NCBI GenBank assembly: GCA_963827235.1
Contig: CAWHAE010000016.1
Coordinates: forward strand, 960,001 to 1,024,000
Source: an uncultured bacterium
GTDB taxonomy: Bacteria > Chloroflexota > UBA5177 > JANWHV01
Direction: 5' to 3'
DNA length: 64,000 nucleotides
Shown piece after piece: positions 59,302-64,000 of this stretch (position 1 is the first letter of the stretch; the number at the start of each line of letters is the position of its first letter). A model generated the notes under the pieces. The model had not been told where the DNA came from. It saw only the letters and a list, made by a program, of their open reading frames with translations, and made no database searches. The position numbers and the translations under genes were made by a program.

Positions 59302-59685
59302 TTGCAAAGCCAGGAACGCCGGGTGCTCATCGTCGACACAGTCCACAGCCTCGCTGCCAGCCCGTACGGGGATGGCGTTGCCGTCCTGACCGACGCAGAT
59401 TGCGAGGAGAATTATGTCCAGTTCCGGAGCCTGCCAAACGGGCGCGCCCTGTGTGAGGTGACCGCACGCCGGTGGGGTGGCCGGCTTGTCCCCCTTACGG
59501 AACAAGAGATCGCAGCGCTCATGAGCCTGGGATTTGGGCGCCCGGATCCCAATTTGGGGCAGGAGTTGAACCTGAGCCAAGCTGAGGCCATCGCCGACCT
59601 GTGCGAGCAGGCATTCGCGATCCTCGCGTCGCCAGCCACGTTCACGCTCGGGAGAGTGATTCGATTGCTGCCCTCAGCAGGATAA
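59302..59685 (+). CDS. Putative TY-Chap (T3SS/YbjN-like peptide-binding chaperone) domain protein
   Basis: RBS GAGGAG then TTG; NYVQF, LCEV, LTEQEIAALMSLGFGRP..N resembles TY-Chap domains as recalled. Confidence 0.55.
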   Translation: MQSQERRVLIVDTVHSLAASPYGDGVAVLTDADCEENYVQFRSLPNGRALCEVTARRWGGRLVPLTEQEIAALMSLGFGRPDPNLGQELNLSQAEAIADLCEQAFAILASPATFTLGRVIRLLPSAG

Positions 59686-59758
59686 TCGGCGTGCATCAGG
59701 CTCTGCGCGCAATCTTCTTCCACAGCATGGTGCTCGCAGTGCCAACCAATAGGGGGGA

Positions 59759-60895
59759 ATGATGGACCCAAACAGCCGACCACGAACAAAGGCGCGCATG
59801 CTGCCGGTGGCCCTCGTGCTTATTGCAGCCACCGTGCCGCTGCCCACCGTTCCCATGGCCGGAACGCACTCAGGCATGGTATGGGCAGCCGGAGCCTGCC
59901 CTGGCGACATCAGCAAGGTCAGTGCCAGCAGCCTGTCGGGTGAGAGCGTCCCGGTCGCGTACACCGGCGACTGGAACGTCTACTACGCGCTCGGCAACAT
60001 CGCGTTCAGCCAGCGAACCAAGGCCGGTGGCGGCATGGTCGACGAGTCAATCGGACACGAGGCCCTCAACTTCACGTTCAACGTGGACAAGCACGGCTAT
60101 GTGAGTGGCAAGGGTAAGGCCATCTACCACTTCGACGTCAAGGCCTATTCCATCGCCTTTCCCGACCAGGTCGGCGATCACGCTTACCTCGTGGGCGCCA
60201 GACAGAGCCGCGCTTTCGCGGTACAAGGGAGGGCGTGTCAGGACGGCAAGATCCAGGTCGAATCGACGAACACTGCCGATCTACTGCTTTACGACGGCGC
60301 CAAGCAGACAAGCATCGGCGCCTGGAACGTGTTTCCACCGGATGACGGGCAGATCACGGAATCAGACAAGCACCTCTCTATAGTCGCTAAGACGTATGTC
60401 AAGCAGATCAGGATGCAGATGAGCTGGAAAGCCAGCAAGTGCATCACCTTTGATCTCGGTGAGCACCGCGACGGCGGCGGGAGCACAGCGACGAGCGAGA
60501 CGCAGGCCAATGGTCCCACGGAAGAGATACCGATCACCAGCACGAGCATTATTACCTACACCAACCCCAACGTAGTATTCAAAACCACGCCAGACGATCC
60601 CTACACCCACCAGATGCAAGCGAGCGTGACCGGGCCGCTGTCCACGCTGGCTGCACTGGTGATGCAAGAGTGGCCCAACAAGCTGCACCCGGTCAAGCTG
60701 CGCGTCACCGCGGCCTGGGGACCACCGGGCTCGCACGGGGCACAGTCGTTCCACTACTCCGGGCGCGCGCTTGATCTGACAACCTCCGATCAGGATCAGC
60801 AGAAGTACGGTTGCCTGGCTGGCCTGGCCTACGAAGCAGGCTTCAACTGGGTGTTCTACGAGAACGCCCTGCATGTCCATACTTCCGTGCGCTGA
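59759..60895 (+). CDS. Secreted protein with C-terminal Hedgehog N-terminal-signalling-like (Hh/DD-peptidase, Zn) domain
   Basis: Signal-like N-terminus; C-terminal [67 protein letters not shown] aligns without gaps to SHH 120-186. Confidence 0.92.
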   Translation: MMDPNSRPRTKARMLPVALVLIAATVPLPTVPMAGTHSGMVWAAGACPGDISKVSASSLSGESVPVAYTGDWNVYYALGNIAFSQRTKAGGGMVDESIGHEALNFTFNVDKHGYVSGKGKAIYHFDVKAYSIAFPDQVGDHAYLVGARQSRAFAVQGRACQDGKIQVESTNTADLLLYDGAKQTSIGAWNVFPPDDGQITESDKHLSIVAKTYVKQIRMQMSWKASKCITFDLGEHRDGGGSTATSETQANGPTEEIPITSTSIITYTNPNVVFKTTPDDPYTHQMQASVTGPLSTLAALVMQEWPNKLHPVKLRVTAAWGPPGSHGAQSFHYSGRALDLTTSDQDQQKYGCLAGLAYEAGFNWVFYENALHVHTSVR

Positions 60896-60942
60896 AAGGC
60901 GCCACACCTTCTTCGGGTGGACTATGAATTGTCAGGAAGGAC

Positions 60943-61488
60943 ATGGACATGCATCGCGCCATAACCCTGGCTCTAGTCTTGCTGTCTGTTCTCGGCTACA
61001 CCCTGCCAGCCGCGGCAGAACCATGGCGCCTCTACGACAACAGCACATTCGGCTACAGTCTCTCCTACCCAACCGACTGGCGGCAGATCAGTCAATCGAG
61101 CGTCGATCTCGAGCTGAAGAGCGCAGATTCCGGCGCGACCTTTATCGCCCACGCCGAAAGCACGACGAGCGTGCCAAAGCTTGCCGATTTACGAGGGGCA
61201 GTGAGCAGTATGCTGTACGCTGCCGGCGTGCCGAAAGCCGACGCCATCCACTACACGACCCAGGTGCTGCATCGCGTGACGTTTGCTGCAGGCAGCGTCG
61301 ACGTGCGGGGCAGCGGGAAAGCCGGCACCGTCGATGGGCTGGTGGCATACCGTGCTCACGCCATGTATTTCTTCGCCGCGTCATTGGTCAGATCGATCAA
61401 CGGCAAACCACTCCCGGCTGCCACTGCCCAGGCACGCGTGCTGCAGCGCATGGAGGCCAGCATCACCGTCGCGGGACCCAACAGGTGA
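60943..61488 (+). CDS. Secreted PsbP/Mog1-like protein
   Basis: RBS AGGAAGGA, signal peptide ending AAA-E, WRLYDNSTFGYSLSYPTDWR, terminal MEASIT helix-strand. Confidence 0.7.
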   Translation: MDMHRAITLALVLLSVLGYTLPAAAEPWRLYDNSTFGYSLSYPTDWRQISQSSVDLELKSADSGATFIAHAESTTSVPKLADLRGAVSSMLYAAGVPKADAIHYTTQVLHRVTFAAGSVDVRGSGKAGTVDGLVAYRAHAMYFFAASLVRSINGKPLPAATAQARVLQRMEASITVAGPNR

Positions 61489-61882
61489 GTTCAACCCTGT
61501 CCAGGGAGACGGAATCCAGGGGCGTATATTCGACGGACGCGTCCCTTGCTGGTCAGCTCTCAGCTCTTTGAGGTGCGCATGCGATTTGCACACTTCAACA
61601 ATCGGCCGAGGATTCCGTTCCTGGGGATCCCCTGGCATCCGCCAGGGTATACCATTCCCTGCCTCAGGCTTCAGTTTGACGTCGAGTAGCTAGAGCTCGC
61701 CCTCCGCAGGGCCCGAACCACTGCCTCGACGTACACGACACGTCTATCACTATTCAGAAGCGCAACCATTGGCACGGCGAGCGGTGGCACGGTCTGCGGT
61801 CGCGAGGGGCCGGGCCAGTGCACTGGGCAGCTGGCGGGCGGCGACGCCGTGGCGGCGGTGGCCAGTGCTTTGGGAGGTTGCT

Positions 61883-62920
61883 CTACCGGCGGCGGAACGC
61901 GGCATTCAGCGCGGTAGTGCCGAAGTTCCACATGTTGTCGGCCAAGTTGATCGTGACCCCTGGGGGAACGATCTGGTCGATGTGGTCGAGCACATCGCCT
62001 GACAGGTCGATCCCGTCGGCGGCGAGATAGCCGTCCAGGTGCTCCATGGTACGCGGGCCGATGATCGCGGAGGTGACCGCCGGGTGGCGGGTGACGAACG
62101 CGATCGCCATCTGGATGAGGGTCAGCCCGGCCTCGTCGGCAAGCGTGCCGAGCGCGTCGGCGGCGGCGAGCTTCGCGGCGTTCGACGGGTCGTTCGCGTC
62201 ATAGCGCCCTGGTGAGCGCGGCAACCGCGCGGCTGAGCCTGGCCCTCCGGCCTCCCGGCCCTTGCGGTAGTTGCCCGACAGCCAGCCCCCGGCCAGTGGG
62301 CTGTAGGTCATGACGCCCATCCCGTGGCGCAGGCAAGTCGGCAGCACGTCGTATTCAATCGCCCGGGTCAGCAGGGAGTAGGGAGGCTGCTCGGTACGAA
62401 ACCGTCCGTGCCCACGGCGCTCGGCGACCCACTGAGCCTCCACGATCTGGGAGGCGGGGACCTTCGAGGCGCCGAAGGAGCGGATCTTGCCGGCGCGCAC
62501 GAGGTCGGACAGGGCGCCGAGCGTCTCGTCGATATCGGTGTTCTGATCGGGAACGCCCACCTGGTAGAGGTCGATCCAGTCGGTCTGCAGCCGGCGCAGT
62601 GAGCCCTCGACCCCTTCGGTGATCCACCGACGCGACGCGCCGCGGTGGTTGGGATCCTCGTCGAAAGGAGGGCCGAACTTGACGGCGAGCACCACCTTCT
62701 CGCGCCGTCCGCCTGCCAGCGCTTTGCCCACGATCTGCTCCGACTCGCCGGCGGAGTAGCCATCGGCGGTGTCGATAAAGTTGATCCCGGCGTCCAGCGC
62801 CTTGTGGATGATCCGGACCGAGTCGTCGTGATCGGGGTTGCCGAGAGCGCCAAACATCATCGCGCCCAGGCACATCTGGCTGACGGAGACGCCGGTGCGT
62901 CCCAGGGGTCGGTAGTCCAT
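61883..62920 (-). CDS. Aldo/keto reductase
   Basis: LGRTGVSVS, GINFIDTADGYSAGESE, SLRRLQTDWIDLY, YSPLAGG, IIGPR. Confidence 0.95.
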   Translation of the reverse strand: MDYRPLGRTGVSVSQMCLGAMMFGALGNPDHDDSVRIIHKALDAGINFIDTADGYSAGESEQIVGKALAGGRREKVVLAVKFGPPFDEDPNHRGASRRWITEGVEGSLRRLQTDWIDLYQVGVPDQNTDIDETLGALSDLVRAGKIRSFGASKVPASQIVEAQWVAERRGHGRFRTEQPPYSLLTRAIEYDVLPTCLRHGMGVMTYSPLAGGWLSGNYRKGREAGGPGSAARLPRSPGRYDANDPSNAAKLAAADALGTLADEAGLTLIQMAIAFVTRHPAVTSAIIGPRTMEHLDGYLAADGIDLSGDVLDHIDQIVPPGVTINLADNMWNFGTTALNAAFRRR

Positions 62921-62984
62921 GGTGAGCCTCCTGGTGTGGCCGCGAGCGACTCGCGGCGGGTAGAATAGGAGTGGATGCGACAGG

Positions 62985-63032
62985 CGGATAACCTGTCCAT
63001 TTCACTGTAGCGGATAACGGATAGCCTGTCCA
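62985..63032. promoter_or_regulatory. Paired TetR-type operators
   Basis: CGGATAACCTGTCCA (62985) and CGGATAGCCTGTCCA (63018) between the divergent AKR and TetR genes. Confidence 0.65.
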
Positions 63033-63044
63033 CTTGGAGCGCAG

Positions 63045-63626
63045 ATGCCTCTGGACCAGGTGCCATCACCGATCAGACGTGCCGATGCCGCGCGCAACCG
63101 TGACAAGATCCTCGTTGCCGCCCGCTCCGCGTTCGCCGATCCCGAGGCTGAGGTGTCGATGGCCGAGGTCTCCCGTCGCGCGGGCGTCGGCATGGCGACG
63201 CTCTACCGCAACTTCCCCGGCCGCCAGGAGCTGCTCGAGGCCCTCTACGTCGACGAGGTCAACGCCGTGTGCGAGGCCGCCAAGACTGTCGAGGGCGAGA
63301 CGCCCGGAGCGGTGCTCATGACCTGGCTGCAGCGGTTCTTCGCCTTTGCCACCAGCAAGCGCCACGTCGCCTCCGAGCTGCTCAAAGACTCCGAAGACAG
63401 CAACCCCGTCTTTGGCCAAGGCCGCGCCCGCGTGCTCGCCGCCGGCCGACCGCTCCTCGTCGCCGCACAGCGCGCGCACGAAGTCCGCGACGACCTCACG
63501 CTCGAACAGGTCCTCGACATGATCGTCGCCCTCGCCTCGATCCACGGCGAGTCGGACTACCTCGAGCCAATCTTGCAGACCGCACTCGACGGCCTGCGGC
63601 CACCGGCCGATGTGAAGCCCGCGTAG
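63045..63626 (+). CDS. TetR family regulator
   Basis: RRADAARNRDKIL, SMAEVSRRAGVGMATLYRNFP. Confidence 0.93.
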   Translation: MPLDQVPSPIRRADAARNRDKILVAARSAFADPEAEVSMAEVSRRAGVGMATLYRNFPGRQELLEALYVDEVNAVCEAAKTVEGETPGAVLMTWLQRFFAFATSKRHVASELLKDSEDSNPVFGQGRARVLAAGRPLLVAAQRAHEVRDDLTLEQVLDMIVALASIHGESDYLEPILQTALDGLRPPADVKPA

Positions 63627-63775
63627 GACGAGCTGGCACTGGCACTCGCATGCCGGTCCGAATCAAGCGTGAACTGTGTCGTGACCGGACAGGCGCAGGT
63701 GCGAAGCCTACCCCGTAAGGACTTCCGGTGAAGACGGAAGCCACGGAAGAATGCCACTGACGCGCCGGAATCCTG

Positions 63776-63804
63776 TTGACTGACTAGCCACTCTCTTATA
63801 TACT
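63776..63804 (+). promoter_or_regulatory. Sigma70-like promoter
   Basis: TTGACT - 17 nt - TATACT upstream of ATG 63831. Confidence 0.6.
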
Positions 63805-63830
63805 GGCCTTGTAGCTGAGGAACAAGAAGC

Positions 63831-64000
63831 ATGGCCAGACCGAGAAGCGACGACAAACGGCGCGCGATCATGGCGGCGGCGATCCGCGTCATCGCCTGCC
63901 AGGGGCTGGGCGCGCCGACGGCAACGATCGCAAGGGAGGCAGGCGTGTCGAATGGGTCGCTCTTCACCTACTTCGACACGAAGGCCGACTTGTTGAACCA
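63831..64000 (+). CDS. TetR family regulator (partial, runs off the window)
   Basis: Hand translation MARPRSDDKRRAIMAAAIRVIACQGLGAPTATIAREAGVSNGSLFTYFDTKADLLN; not in the ORF track. Confidence 0.88.
   Translation, partial: MARPRSDDKRRAIMAAAIRVIACQGLGAPTATIAREAGVSNGSLFTYFDTKADLLN

Noticed and set aside
59759-60895. Eukaryotic contamination as the source of the hedgehog-like sequence
   Set aside because: Intronless, fused in frame to a non-Hh secreted domain, tightly packed among bacterial genes with similar composition, and no Hint domain. Read-level confirmation is still advisable.
1-64000. CRISPR arrays, tRNA/rRNA, integrases or transposases
   Set aside because: None recognised by eye or in the ORF track; tRNAscan or Infernal would be needed to exclude small RNAs.

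Overview
GC-rich bacterial DNA. Gene content suggests a soil Chloroflexota-like organism (binding proteins without lipoboxes, an XRE-NTPase-TPR regulator, many URO-D-family genes), but the taxonomy is inferred. About 2.9-55 kb is a large carbohydrate/sugar-acid catabolic island: three ABC importers, a P450, SDR and Gfo/Idh/MocA dehydrogenases, two enolase-superfamily dehydratases, a UxuA-like protein, GH38, a degenerate GH43-like protein, a PMI fusion, ROK and APH-type kinases, a variant enolase, five URO-D/MtaA-fold genes with no corrinoid partner, and GntR, LacI and AraC regulators. TetR modules lie at both window ends, and two pseudogenes lie at 52.7-56.2 kb. The standout is a secreted protein at 59759-60895 whose C-terminal domain closely resembles the animal Hedgehog N-terminal signalling domain (40/67 identical to SHH 120-186 by hand alignment to a recalled sequence). 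It keeps the Zn ligands and catalytic Glu, has lost the Ca ligands and has no Hint domain. It sits between a TY-chaperone-like gene and a secreted PsbP-like gene, divergent from a STAND-TPR regulator. I saw no rRNA, tRNA, CRISPR array or transposase. All family calls come from recognising motifs by eye, not from database searches.
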